Position numbers and translations under genes: made by a program
Assembly (NCBI GenBank): GCA_040954595.2
Contig: CM082591.2
Location: forward strand, 62,001 to 126,000
Length of the DNA: 64,000 bases
Source of the DNA: Balanoglossus misakiensis
Taxonomy: Eukaryota; Animalia; Hemichordata
Direction of reading: 5' to 3'
The notes under the pieces: generated by a model
The model's database searches: none
What the model was told of the DNA's origin: nothing
What the model saw: the letters and a program-made list of their open reading frames with translations, nothing else
Shown here: in pieces, positions 51,016 to 64,000 of the stretch
Position numbering within the stretch: position 1 is the first letter of the stretch
Layout: each line of letters opens with the position of its first letter

Positions 51016-53139
51016 AATTTTATCTCTGTTTTGCTGATATATGAGACGGAACGCGATAACGCGAGGTAATTCAAAATAGTATAGTCAGATTTCTTCCAAT
51101 ACATTATCGCAAAAAATGACGTGATATTTGCAGTCAGCCCACATGGTTTGTCACATGAGAATATTGATAAGTACTATGTCGTGATCACCAGTGCCAGCTC
51201 GCTTTCATGAAAGAGTTGTCATTGATATTTTGGTATTTCACTAATTCATTTGTAGGGCCAAAGTACAGATGTAAATGAAGTCAGTATTTCCCTGACTTAA
51301 AGTACTTTGACCCGGGGAAAAACAGAATTCACAAGAGTTTAAGTTCTGGTTGCTTTGTTTTCAACGATTTAACGCAAAATGAAAGCATTGATTGTTCATA
51401 ATGTATACTATATGTCGTTTACAGTTAACCTAATGTCCAAAATATCCTAATTAGTTTATATTATACATTTCCTGCCTTTGGGGTATCTCAGTCTCTATAG
51501 GGTTAGGCAATGCAATGTGCAAACTGGCTTCTACACAATCTATTGCTATATCTGTATGTTGCGTAAACCTTTCCCATCATGGCCCACTTCATTGGAAGAA
51601 ATCATGAAATCTGACTTGAGTAAAACCATTGTCCATCAACGTCAACACATCGTGTTTTGAGAATAAATGTGTCCTTTACCAAACGTATAGATATTGAGAG
51701 TGCCAAACCCATCACGACATGAGCGTTAATGTTCAACTGATGAATTGGGGTCTACTTTAAAATGTCAATTTCAGACACATCAAGGAAAAACAGCTCCAAG
51801 GCTTTCTGTCTGCTTATCCTTTTAGATTACTTCCGTGATCATTCAAAGAAGTCAGTCAACATGCGCCTTTATGTAACATGACGCATTTTAAAACCATGTG
51901 CTGAAAACTTTCCTAAACATTACACATGATTTACTCACGAAAATGAAAATTTATTGTCAAATTTTATCGTACCACTCTTTGCCTTGTGCCTATTTTTCTA
52001 ACCTCTGGTTTTCGGATAATCCTATTCTTTGTAATATTTTTTCTGACTACAGCTTTACTTGCAAACAGAGTACTTCTTTGCTTCAAACTGTAAATACTGT
52101 TAACTATTAAACCAGACACTTATTTGCAGAGAACAGTGTTGTTCATTTTGTGTTCTGTCTCAGCATGTTCCTACTAATAACATTTTGCAGGTAATTGTTT
52201 TCGAGGAATTAAAACTTGGTTGAAGAGAATACATTTCTCTCCATTAGTTCACAAGAAAATTTCCGCAACCGCGTTCAAATATAAATAGCTTCTAAATGCG
52301 GAAGTGACGTAATAAGCATGGAATTTAACGCTGAAATTTGATAATTAAAACAGACCACAGCGTTCGCCGAATCCATAGTATCTCAGTTAACATCACAGTA
52401 TATGCTTCCATTCCACAAACATTTCTACTAGGTCACTTGTCTAGATTTATCTTATTGTATATGGATTTGCATTTTAGAAGAGCCATTTAAATATTCTAAG
52501 CTTGTAGGACAAGTTCTAAGTAAGTTTTTGTGAATGTAAACAGTGACAGAAAAATCAATATTGAATCATAAAGTTAAATTTGGTTATCATTTATCTCTTT
52601 TATCGATCTTCTGGGAAAAAAAGATAAGCTGCACAACATTGCAGAAATGTTTGCATAACAGCGTAAGTGACCTTGTAGCCAGATCTGTAATGTATTGATA
52701 ACTTTACCATTCCGCCTTTTAGAAGATAGATTAAGATTAATGACAGGTATTTTGTTGTTTTATTTCACCCTATTACAAGTCACAACGACAGCAATTTTGA
52801 GGAATTGCAATAAGATGTACGAGTCATGATAAAAGTTCAATGTAACCAGTCTGGTTGCATTGTGACTGTAACCCTTAGTTTGTAAGGTAGGAGTACATGT
52901 ACAGATGTTACTTTCAAGAGAAACATGGACATGCACAGCACTAAACAAAATTTCACTGTAAAATTGACAGAAGTTTGATTGTTGACTAAAGGAAAGAAAC
53001 ACACCATGAAGCCCTATTATACAGCATTAGGTTTTTGTTGCAATCGCGAGTTGTGATTTTACAGTCACTTAAAACAACTGAATAAGAAATATCATGAATA
53101 TGGTAAAATAAACCTTGGAGTCATTTATTATATGTGGGT

Positions 53140-53315
53140 GAGTTAATGATTGGATGGGTGATTGAGTGGGTGGGCCGGGATGAGTGGGTTAGTAAGTGCG
53201 GGAGTTGGTTGGTGAGCGAGGGAGGAAGGGAGGGAAGTTGCCTGTCTGTCTGTCTTTCTGCCTGCCTGCCTGCCTGCCTGTCTGTCTGTCTACCTGACTG
53301 CATGACTGACTGACT
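53140..53315. repeat. Degenerate tetranucleotide repeats (TGGG/TGAG, TGTC, TGCC, TGAC)
   Basis: Directly visible. Confidence 0.85.
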
Positions 53316-56300
53316 TACCCATTTTGTCGATGAAATGTATTTGTGTAATCATCGTGTCGATAAATGTATCAACGGGGTATCAAACCAGATCTTTTTATGG
53401 TGGAGAGAGTTGGCACGGGGTGCAACAACCTTGTAGACATTTACATAACCAACAGACTTGATATGGCAGACTGAAAGTAGATCCCATGTGATTTGAATAC
53501 TTGTGACTTCCAGACATGTTTTTATTAGCACGAGACTTGGTGAATGCATAACAACATGTGCGATGAACTCTCCAAGGGAAAATCCTCAGAGTTTAATATA
53601 CTTGCATTGACTGTGTCAATCATCTGCAGTGCCGCCATTTGTTGAAAATCATGAACTTAGGTACAAGACTTGTATACCGTACTTTGTTGTGGACCGTATG
53701 CCTTTTCAGGAAATGTAGATACAAGTCTTTGATTTGACAGCAGTTATTAATACAAAGGCGTAAAGTGATAACCAAATACAAGAGAAAGAAAGCACAAAAC
53801 ACCAAATATGGAAATCTAAATTGACAGATGCAAATATACTTTTGATCGCATATAGGGATGCATTATAGTGAGAGAGGACGATGAGATTTTGAAGCAACAG
53901 ATGAAAGTACTTGAGCAGTGAGAATAAATATTAATAACAGAGATATGCTACTATTTAGAAAAGTAGCCCTAAAATCATTTGTTGTGACATCACAGGAAAG
54001 GAAACCCATAGTTTACCATAGAAATACATCTAACCAGCCATGATATCTATGGTTGTTTGTTTTCATAATGCAATGAAGGCCACCCAAATGGCGGTAATTG
54101 CATGCAATGCAAATGGGTATCCTTTTAAAAATAGTATTGCCATGGCAACTGACCTTTGGCAAAACAGACCTCCGGCGAATTTAATATCTCAGAAGAGAGT
54201 TGCTTTTAACGAAAAAGCAACATTTTAGAAATTGTCGTTGTCAACGACAATTCTTCGTTTGGATATTAGCATTGCTGAAGGACACTTTTGTGGGCATGAT
54301 GTTACTAAGACCAAGATTGTTTGTTCAAAATGAAATGGTAGTTTCCCACCTGTGAGTCTTTGTGTGGTCACTTTGAATTATAAGAAGTTGAATATCGCAC
54401 AAGCAGCAAAGGGCGACTCAAACAAATGTCGCTGAAATGGTAGATAAATAAAACACAAGAACTTGGAATCATCGCTATAGGTTCCACGGGATATGATTGT
54501 TACCGCATGTGTGAAAACAGAAAATCTAAAAAGAAATTCTTCATGAGAAAACAATGTTGCAACTCCCATCTTAATTAAGTGCAGAGTCGGTGGGTGATCA
54601 TGGCGACACTGCTCCATGATCGTATAAATGAGTCAAAATTGTGTGCTAAGTTCTTTGAGGAAACGAAAATATAATCTATAACCAATCTCAGGCATCTTTA
54701 ACTGTTGACTGTACAAGGATATGTGATTGGGATTGTATCGATGTGCGGTGTGAATGGTTGAAACAAACGCATTGAATAGTTTGATGGCACTGATGAATCT
54801 TATGCTGCTTTAACAATAAAGCAAAATGACTACCGCCAATCAGGCCTCGTCTGAGCTCACGTTATCCACAGGTTGCCTTGTACGGTACATGTATAACCAG
54901 GTCGACTATTCGGATCCCTGGTGGCGAATATATACTGTGTGGTACGTGCGATGGTGCAAACACTCTGTTCGCTTCAACACACTTTTATACTTCGGTGGTT
55001 ATTCACGTGCAAAGACATGGAAGGCAATCTTTGTGCTATACTAACACTACAGGCTTTTTAAATGTGTTAATATGTCAACCGTACACTTGGCTGTCTTAGC
55101 TAAATCATTTTATTATTTATAATAGGTTGGATTGATTTGAAATTCATAAGAGCTTACAATGTGAGCGATCGATATGTTGCCCCTGTAGTGTTCTGATGAA
55201 ACCACTGATTCGGGTTGTAATTGATTTGAAGGTTTTTATGTACTTAAGGCAAAGATGATGCATCAATTCTGAAGTTCATGCATAATAGCAATTTACCGTC
55301 ATGTGCAGAACTGTTAACTATGTCTTCATAATGTGGGTGTAGATAAGGTATTGATTTTTTTTGTAAATGAGGTGTTGGGATTCATCTTCACGAGTAAGAT
55401 TCTTTACTGAGTAAAAGAAATCTAGATAGACACTGAGGAAAGCATGCATGCATATACACAGACAGATGGACATATTCAGGCAGACAGTCAGACAGACCGA
55501 CGGGTAATAAAGATATCAAGCAGACAGAACTATTACTTGTTGCAGGTGCATCAACAAAGTTGTTTTGAAAATCTACTAATATAGGGCAATGATATCCGTT
55601 GCGATGGGGATTTTTCATTTTGACAAATTTGTATCTCAGCGGCATTATCGATAAAACATATCATTCTTCTCTATTTTCTGTGATGGGATATTTCTCAATA
55701 ATCACTGTTGTAATCCAATCTCTTTACTGTTCATATACAGCTGTGCTACTCAGAGTTTACGACTTTGTAGGTGTCGTATCGTAAAAGGGTGCAATATTTC
55801 AATGATTTATGCGTGGAAGCGAGAAGGAAACTAAATACGTCCTTATCATTTCCCGTGGTTTTATGTCTTTCCTTATGACAGAATGTTTTGCCTTTATAGC
55901 TTATATTTTAAATCTTTCATTTTCCCACCACGTTTTATATAAATATTAGCCTTACAAACCATATATTATATTTTAATTTTCGTGTCCAAAAGTGACATAA
56001 AATTGATTAACATTAAATCTTCTTGCCCTTTTGTTAGATAAACTAATCTGCCATAATTTTTCCTTGATCTGACATGGAAATATCACATTGAAGCCTTTGA
56101 TTCAGTTGACCTGATTATATACAAGACAGGGAAGGTACCTTGAAATTTTATTCATATCTCAGCCTTTAGTAATTTGCTACCGTATACCGGTATAAGATTT
56201 AGACTGTTTCAGTTACTACATGTTTCTATTTCCACTTTGCTTGAAATAAAGTATGCTTCTGTGTCGACGGTATTATATTTTTTACTGTAATGTACGCAGG

Positions 56301-56464
56301 GTATTTCATGAATACAAAACATTTTTGTCAGAATTTCAGAACACATTTTGAAAATACCGTGCTTGCGTTATAATTACTAATATATCTCCACACTGTGTAT
56401 ATAATAAGTGCCAACAAAAATAACAACAATAATTGTTAATCTTCTAGCTAACTATATAGAGCTA

Positions 56465-56535
56465 AAACAAACAAGCAAACAAACAGGTAACAAACAGATA
56501 ATCAAGCAAACAACAAACAAATACACATACACACA
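56465..56535. repeat. Degenerate (CAAA)n repeat
   Basis: Directly visible. Confidence 0.7.
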
Positions 56536-57074
56536 GAATATCCTAATGCTACCCTACCCTACATACACATATCGAAAGTGTACCTAAACTACGGTAACTC
56601 TTTATTGAGTGATTGTGCCTAAACCGGACAATACTTTATTCGTCTAGAATATATCTAACCAGTTATTAGATACCATTCTCCATAAATGCCTAACCCCTCC
56701 AGAGTAATGGTTTGTCCCAAGCTGTCGCTAGGTAACACTAGTATTTTAAAAGCTGTGCATCTTAGTCTGGAGGCGCATTCCAATCTGGCCTGATTAACAG
56801 ACGTTGTAAAGCAAACAAGCTGCAAACAAGCGAACAATACGATGTGCGGAGCGTGGGTAAAGTGGTCTGGTACTTAACGGTTCGCACAACTCCAGCTCCC
56901 ATCACATTGACGGTAATCTGAATAACCAATAACCACAGACTCATCATCCGCGGCAACCGCCACTAACCACTGGAACCACATTAACTTAGTTTGATTCGCA
57001 AATCTTTGAAAATTACCAACTGGACTGATTTTCTCTCTTCTGTCATCTACTGAAAACTCTTCATTGTTCGCAAG

Positions 57075-57132
57075 ATGAATTCCATCACCTTAGTTTGTGG
57101 CTCTTGTATCGTATGTATACTTATACTACAAG
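57075..57132 (+). CDS. Candidate signal-peptide first exon of an unidentified secreted protein
   Basis: gcaagATG (A at -3); MNSITLVCGSCIVCILILQ; 58 nt ending at strong phase-1 donor AAG|GTAAGA. Confidence 0.35.
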
Positions 57133-60100
57133 GTAAGACTTCTTTTAATACTTTGACAAATTGTTTGTCTTTTGAGGAAAACAGAAATGATACTTAGAAT
57201 TAAGAAATGAACGAGCGCGATCTTTACATCTACATTGTTAATTTCTTCTGAATGACCGGAATGAAAATGATTTCCCATGATACAATGAAAAATGCCTTTG
57301 TCATTTTCAACTAAGTTATCACTGCTCTGTGCTGCCAAACAGCCATGTCATTTTATCTAGAAGTAGCATGTCAGTTACTGCAAGTATCTTCACCGTGGGC
57401 CAATGTCTTAAGGGAAACTCCCTGTATTATCATGCACGAAATGATTGGTTTTCTCGAACTTTCCTACACAAGTTGAATTTCATTTTCATGAAATAACTTA
57501 GTCTGATTTTGAAAACTCTGCTCTGAAAGCGAACAGACTTCAATATGAACAAATTTTACTCAATATTTGAGAAAAGCTGCTATTCATCATGTTTACGTTG
57601 ATAGATATGGATCATTTTACAGTTGTGGAAATTTTGAAGTAAATCACAAGTGGTAACAGCTACGCGACAGTGATGTAATCTTTATCATTCCTCAGAAGCT
57701 GCAATTACTTCCCAATGACAAGTCATAAAAATATGTATCCCAGATGATCACTGCTTACTTGTTCGCTTAGATTTTTGTTTACTATAATTTTAGGCATGTG
57801 TTGCTTTGCTCGTCAGTCTAATGCTGACCTTACATTGTGGCTATCAACTTTTAAAGATGCATGTAACCGATTAAATACTTGAGAAACATAAATCTAATAT
57901 ACTCATTGTTTTTATTTTATCCAGTATATATATCGCTGCGTTTAATATTCCTACTTTGCCGTTTAGCACTTGCGGTTTAAAAGGCAAAATGTCAAATGGC
58001 GATGCCACGGGGATACATTACCCGTAAATTTTTATGATTATCGCAAAATACTTATTTTACGTTTTATGCCGTCGCTCTGAAAAGTAGTAAGAAATACGAG
58101 CATCAGAGATCAGTGCACGATGGAATAATTGCAGATTATACGAGGAAGTAGTCTTGGGTTGTAAAACAGTCATCGATTACAACAATTATCATGCAGTTTG
58201 ATGGTTTAAACTGTCCAGTGTTAATTGTATCGGATATTCGCATATGTTTTTCACAGCTTTTGTGTTAGATGTTTAACAAAAGCCTTGAAAGTTGTTCTCA
58301 CCAAATAAAATTCGACATTATAGGTTTGTGTTTGAATGAATATTACGATGAATCCCAAATCTTGGTATCCGATTAGATATGAATATGAAGTGATTGTAAT
58401 GTGGGCTACGTTATATGTATCAAAAAACCATCGACATCTTAAATAACGCACAAGATTTTATTAAAGTAAGACTTTAAAAGCACGGATCCCATGTTAAGAC
58501 AGGAACTGTGATGAGTTATAATAAGGACAATTTGTAGTATCTTTCATGGTTTGGAAAATGCAGTTTTGTCATCCTTTAAGAGGAAACAAATCTTCCATGG
58601 CAGTTACGCTTTCGTGTATACGTCAGGATTTGAGTGGTAACGTACCTAAATGTAAATTTATTCAGATATAAAAAAAACCTTAGTGAATGTTGATGGCCAT
58701 TGATATGTAAATTTCTCGACATATCGGTTGACGCTTTAAACCAACAATCAATATTCAATATAAGTAAATAAATGATTTATGGATCAAAATGTTCTCATAT
58801 ACCTTCTTCCGGTTAGTGGCACTAGACACTTTCGCCAATTAAAATCAGCGAAAATCAATACATCCCTCAGCATGTTACTTTGTCAAAGCATCGTGCAGTG
58901 GTGATGAAGGTGAAACTACATATAGAAGAACACAAACACAGTGTATGAAGGCCAATTTGTAGATGTGGTATTACATGATTGATTTCCTTGCAAGACAAGT
59001 GCCCACCTCCATTTCTATAGCAACCACAAAAATATTTTAAATCTATAGTCTTCAAAGCAGAATCATCAACAGAGTCTGAAAAAACGCCATGCTTATTTGA
59101 ATTACTAAAACATGACTCATTAGTGAAGATTACTCTAAAATAGTTTGGCTTTCACGATTTGGAAAATCTCAAAACAGTCTATATTTGTTCAGAAGGAGCT
59201 GTTTCCGCATTTGGCATATTGGCAGGATAGTCGATAACAAGACGAAACAAAAGAGTAATTGTGATATGGACGGAAAGTTAACTGGGGGTGAGGCAATTTA
59301 CAATTCTCTACGCATTCCCTGTTTTCCAGCTCATTTCATCTATCAAAGAAGATTTCAATTTTGTTCCTATGTCCCCCTTTTGGAGTGTCCTGAATCTGCA
59401 ACATTGAAATTGTAAGATAATAATGGGAGTCTGGGATAAGCTAGCTAAGAAATGTCACAGACTTTGATGTCTATTTTTAAGTGAAATCTCCTCATATAGA
59501 CATGGAAAGAGAGATCTCTCAAACCAATCACGGATTTACGTAGATTTATCCATTTCTGTTGAGATGACGAAGATGGAGAAGATTATTTAATTGGTAACAA
59601 AGAAACAAAAGAACTAAAGCTTCTTGTGAACATCATGAGTGATAACAAAGGGGTAAATAATTAGTGTTTTAACACTGAAATGATATTGAACGTTATAAAA
59701 GGGTGAATGGTCACAAACGGTCTCGACGATATCTTTCTGCTTTAAAACGTCTGCAAGTCTCCAAGGGATTACTAAAGATACCGTTGATTACCATTTCGCT
59801 GATGCATTGCAAATGGTAATCGCTAAGTCTTTCCAACTGAATGGAATGCTACATTATTCTTGTTATAGGAATTAGACTTTCCAACAAAAGGCCATCCATC
59901 ATGCATTACATACATGCATGTATACATGTATTTGTCAATCCGTCAAAGAAATCCAATGGTAGCAATTATTTGAAGAAACGAAATGGCTGACTATACAATA
60001 AACTGATAAAAGTTGTGAGAAATGTTGAATCCAACCGAAATTTGAAAGTATTTCTTCATTGCATAAATGATTCATTGCACACAGAAATGGTAATTTTTCG

Positions 60101-63100
60101 AAGAAAAATGTAACTAATCAACATCGACTGTGTGCAAATGCAATATTGCAACATTAGGACGTATATGTTTCTTATACAAACTTGACGGGCAAAATACAAA
60201 TTTCTATTTGAGTTTTAAAAAGACTGCGGGCTACATGAAATTCAAAATATGTACATTGACTGATGGACATGGAATTCTATTCCATAAGTTTGTTTGATGA
60301 ATGTCAGTCTTACAAATGTTTACCTTGATATTATAATATTTTCAAATAAACCGAAAAAGAGCTTTGAAGTATTTGTTTTGACAGCTGCAAATTAAGAGCA
60401 TATCTATTCTCATGAGACAGTACTTATTGGTACTTCTAGAACCCAGACAATGGGGGTTAAGTTGCAGTCGATCAACGTATTTAACGTAATATTAAGTTAC
60501 ATTAACCTGAGATAAAATGTCGAAAACAGCGACACCGATGAAAACCTGTCTGGAGACATTTTGACGTCTGTTTCACCCACGTACCCGACAGACTGTACTG
60601 ACTCTGAAGTATAGTCTATTATCACATGCTTAGCTCAACCTGCTTATCCTCCAATCAAAGCTATCAAAACTATTATCGGTCCGAAATGCAATTTAAAAGC
60701 CACCTTCCATATATGTCGATGTTTTCAAGAACATGCGCAACCCAGTATTTCGATTATTATATTTAATTTAAATCACATGTGCTAAAGATTTTTTAGCTTC
60801 GAAGAAACTGTACTTCATTCATTGAAATCAGATCGATGATGCAATGGTGTAATAAATATACAATGTCTCTCCTTATAAGAAAACTCTTATAAAAACATGC
60901 TGTTATTTCCACATTTGCAATTTAACAAGTTTCTCACTTGTCATTGAACCAAAAGTAAAATTAGTTCTAAGCATTATTATAGTGACAAGAAAAGATATTC
61001 GGATGGTGGTTGTGCTGCTGTAGGAAAATTCGTAGAAAATGATGGAAGTTATCATTCCCATTGGGACAGTCGAAATCACCCTTCGATGTTTAGCAAGAAA
61101 CCAAATGAATCCAATCTCAATCTCACTATATTTGCTGTTGAAAGGTGAGATCAGTCACCTTGCCGAGATCGACTGTATTAGTAAACCTCGGGGGAATTTT
61201 CAATGTTCCATGCTATATGCCTCGTCTCTAGGAGGATGATATTGACCAGGTATTGTCAATTCCCGATGGGTGTCGGTCAAAATGAATTGTTGATAAAAGG
61301 GTCGTTTTTAACAAGTTGACATATTCCCTGTTCATAAGCTGTCAATTTCTATTTTGTTTGACGCGTTCTTAATATTAGTTCATTCCCATATTTTAACATT
61401 CATTTAGTTACTAGAGCTGTGTTTTAATTTCTTTTTTGTCATTATTGTTGAAAAATAAGAACTAAACGTATATAGGAATTGACACTACACTATCGATCAC
61501 ACTCAAGTCAGTTATAGATCTCCATTAGAATATACCTTTCTAAAAACCTGGTCCTCGCGTTAGTGGAACTGTAAATTGTGCATTAAGTCTTTGTCTGTCT
61601 TCTTGTTGTTCAGCAAATCAACTTTAGGACTCAATTTTCAGTAACATTTTTTTTATCTGCTACCTGTTTCAGTCGGCACGTGTGCATTGTGAGGTGAATG
61701 TAGGATTTAAAGCTATTTGTCATCTTTAATGGATGTAACTTTCTGTTGTAATATTTTCCAATAATTGATTGATATTACACCTCCATTTTGTATCTACTCG
61801 ACGAGAGGGAGTTATCTTCAATCAAATCTATAGACGCGTAACTTGGAGCATGGAGTTGACGTGTACAATGTATGCTAGTTAGGTCGAATGCCATTCGATC
61901 TGGAAAATGTCCTCCCATATAAACTCTCTAGTCTTGTGAGATCTCACAGAGTCTCTTGGATTCAGAAAATGGTATACTGATTTGCAAGTCACTGTTTCCT
62001 GTTCAAATGACATCACATCAGTCTGACACTTTCTTGAAGCTCTCCCTTGATGAACTTTATCTTTTTCAGTGTATGCATCATAACAGATCCTATAGGTCAC
62101 CAGGTGTGACCCATTGACCCAGCCGCATAACCTCATATGAATATAACATTGTTGGTGTCAAACCATATGTGATATAGTATATGTTGAATATGGGTAGGTA
62201 GCATTAACTTCAAATGACAAACATTTCTGTGTTTGTGGAATTACACAATCATCACACAAGACTAAAAAGGGAATCTCGTACACCTCTTTCAAAAGTTGGA
62301 ATCATGCAAAGAAACACAATTGAATCGTTGAAGATTACTTTGGAATATTGTGCTGGTAACACGTATATTGACAGACACTGGAAAAGTTAGAGCTTTTTGT
62401 ACCTAACACAACAATACATCAAATTAAATAATATCAATTCAAGTCCATCCTAGCTGCTAGTTTCGCCAAGACTTCATAATAATGGAACCGAGCAGTTAAC
62501 TGTCGTGACAGAAAATAACTAGATATAAAACCAGAATAGGCCATTATTGTAAAGTGGTGAAAGAACACTTCTCTGCTGGCCTATCATTTATGATTACTGC
62601 ACGTGTTCTGTTTTCCCCCAAGGAAGCCATTATTATAATGAGACTCTAATAGTCCCATCCCAGACCCCATACATGACATCCTCAATTTTCCACAATTTAC
62701 TTTTTGTTGTTGCCCAATGACTCGAATCAGCACGGCTAATAAGTAGAAGCGTATTAGCAGCGCCTGGAGAATTAGCAAGTCGCCTAGCTGCTGTCTATAC
62801 TGAACGAGATTGCTGAACCACAGAACCTACAAACATTGCCAATTAACCTTTGACAGATTTTTAGCAATAATGTAATAGTACAGTGTTGTCCTTTCTCACT
62901 TCATTAAAATGAAGTGCAGTATTTGCTGTGGTATAAACAACAAACCTTCAAGTTGGCAAAATAGAATACAAACCAAATAACAAGAGATTATGAAAAATGA
63001 ACCTAAACTGTCTGTACAGGAAGTGGGAGAGAAATGAGAATTACGTTTCAGTGATTTCAAAATCATTCATACAATGCATGCATGTGCATATTAATCAAGT

Positions 63101-64000
63101 AAGTGTTCCGTAAGCAACCCAATTGGTGAAATGCGTAAGTTGAACACCAGGGTACAAACAACACAAATGCATAAACTGACCGGAGATATCCGCCCATTCT
63201 AATGTACGTGCTGACACACGCATATTTCATTTTGTACCGGTATCATGTGACCGCCCCTTCCACCGCTGAAGTCTGTGCGCGACACATTATTCCAGAGAAA
63301 GCCTATTTGCATGAAGGTTTTTCTGTTCCATGCACATACCATTTACAGTCCTTTACGTAGCAAACATATTAACGTTTAATGGAAATTATTTCCAGCAACA
63401 TGCCTTTCACTTCCTGTTGATATGAAAATAATCGATAGTCTGTGCCAAGTAATATCAGAGCAACTACAAAATTTTGAACGGCTATGTGATATGGTTGATA
63501 TCAACTATATTCAATCCCCTGGAACAACTGTGACGCATTTGATTTATGATCGACTTCAAACAGTAAAAACGTCAACATGTTTTTCACATTGAACATGAAA
63601 ATCCACAAGATTTTGTTACCATGGAAATTAAACTATTCCCATCACAGTCAAATATACATTGACATGATCAATCGGTTGAATCCAAACTTCAAAATGCCTT
63701 TAAAGTCTTGGAGTTAAGTCCCTTGCTTATTGTATTCATTGATTGTCTTGATAATGACTTCATTCATAAGTTAATCTCCCCTTTTACAAGCTCTTGGGTG
63801 GCTAACAATTTTTCAAATTTCAAAGAAACATATAAGCATACATTAGTAGGCCTTTACGTCAAGCACCTTTTTGACTGGGCTATTCAACCTGATTTAGCTA
63901 TAGCACATCCTGTACATCATTAAAAGTAATAACACATCTTCGAATATTAGGCAAATTACCATCATTCGCTTAAAATATTCAACACGTCACTATGACTTTA

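Noticed and set aside
53380-53610. ILVTSRH, resembling NACHT sensor 1
   Set aside because: No convincing Walker A or B; a match this short is expected by chance in six frames
56655-56956. Overlapping minus-strand ORFs with hydrophobic starts
   Set aside because: Non-ATG starts in the track, no recognisable domain and no clear splice structure
61879-62136. 85-aa minus-strand ORF
   Set aside because: No recognisable motif or splice signals; length within chance range
1-64000. CRISPR arrays, tRNA/rRNA genes, operons or prokaryotic defence systems
   Set aside because: Sequence is intron-rich animal DNA; no repeat-spacer arrays or structural RNA genes seen

Overview
AT-rich animal genomic DNA with spliceosomal introns; the repeat style suggests an invertebrate deuterostome such as a hemichordate (inference only). 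The window is dominated by one + strand gene with a complete CDS, a type B leucine-rich-repeat GPCR (bursicon receptor/rickets and LGR4/5/6 family). I reconstructed 16 coding exons by hand from 161 to 40965: 3030 nt, 1009 aa. The protein has a signal peptide, LRRNT, about 18 LRRs, a cysteine-flanked acidic hinge, a 7TM domain and a C-tail. Most LRR exons are too short to appear in the ORF track. Introns 1 (12.2 kb) and 2 (19.4 kb) hold a decayed pogo-type transposase, MITE/Helentron-like repeats, microsatellites and unidentified coding relics. CpG content looks much higher after about 45 kb. That region has a perfect DR1 element between two E-boxes, five CRE palindromes, a probable NACHT/NLR pseudogene (- strand) and a candidate signal-peptide exon. 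I cannot demonstrate a new biological system. The best leads are the receptor's rickets-like 7TM paired with an LGR5-like R-spondin patch, competing GC/GT hinge donors, and the CRE cluster.
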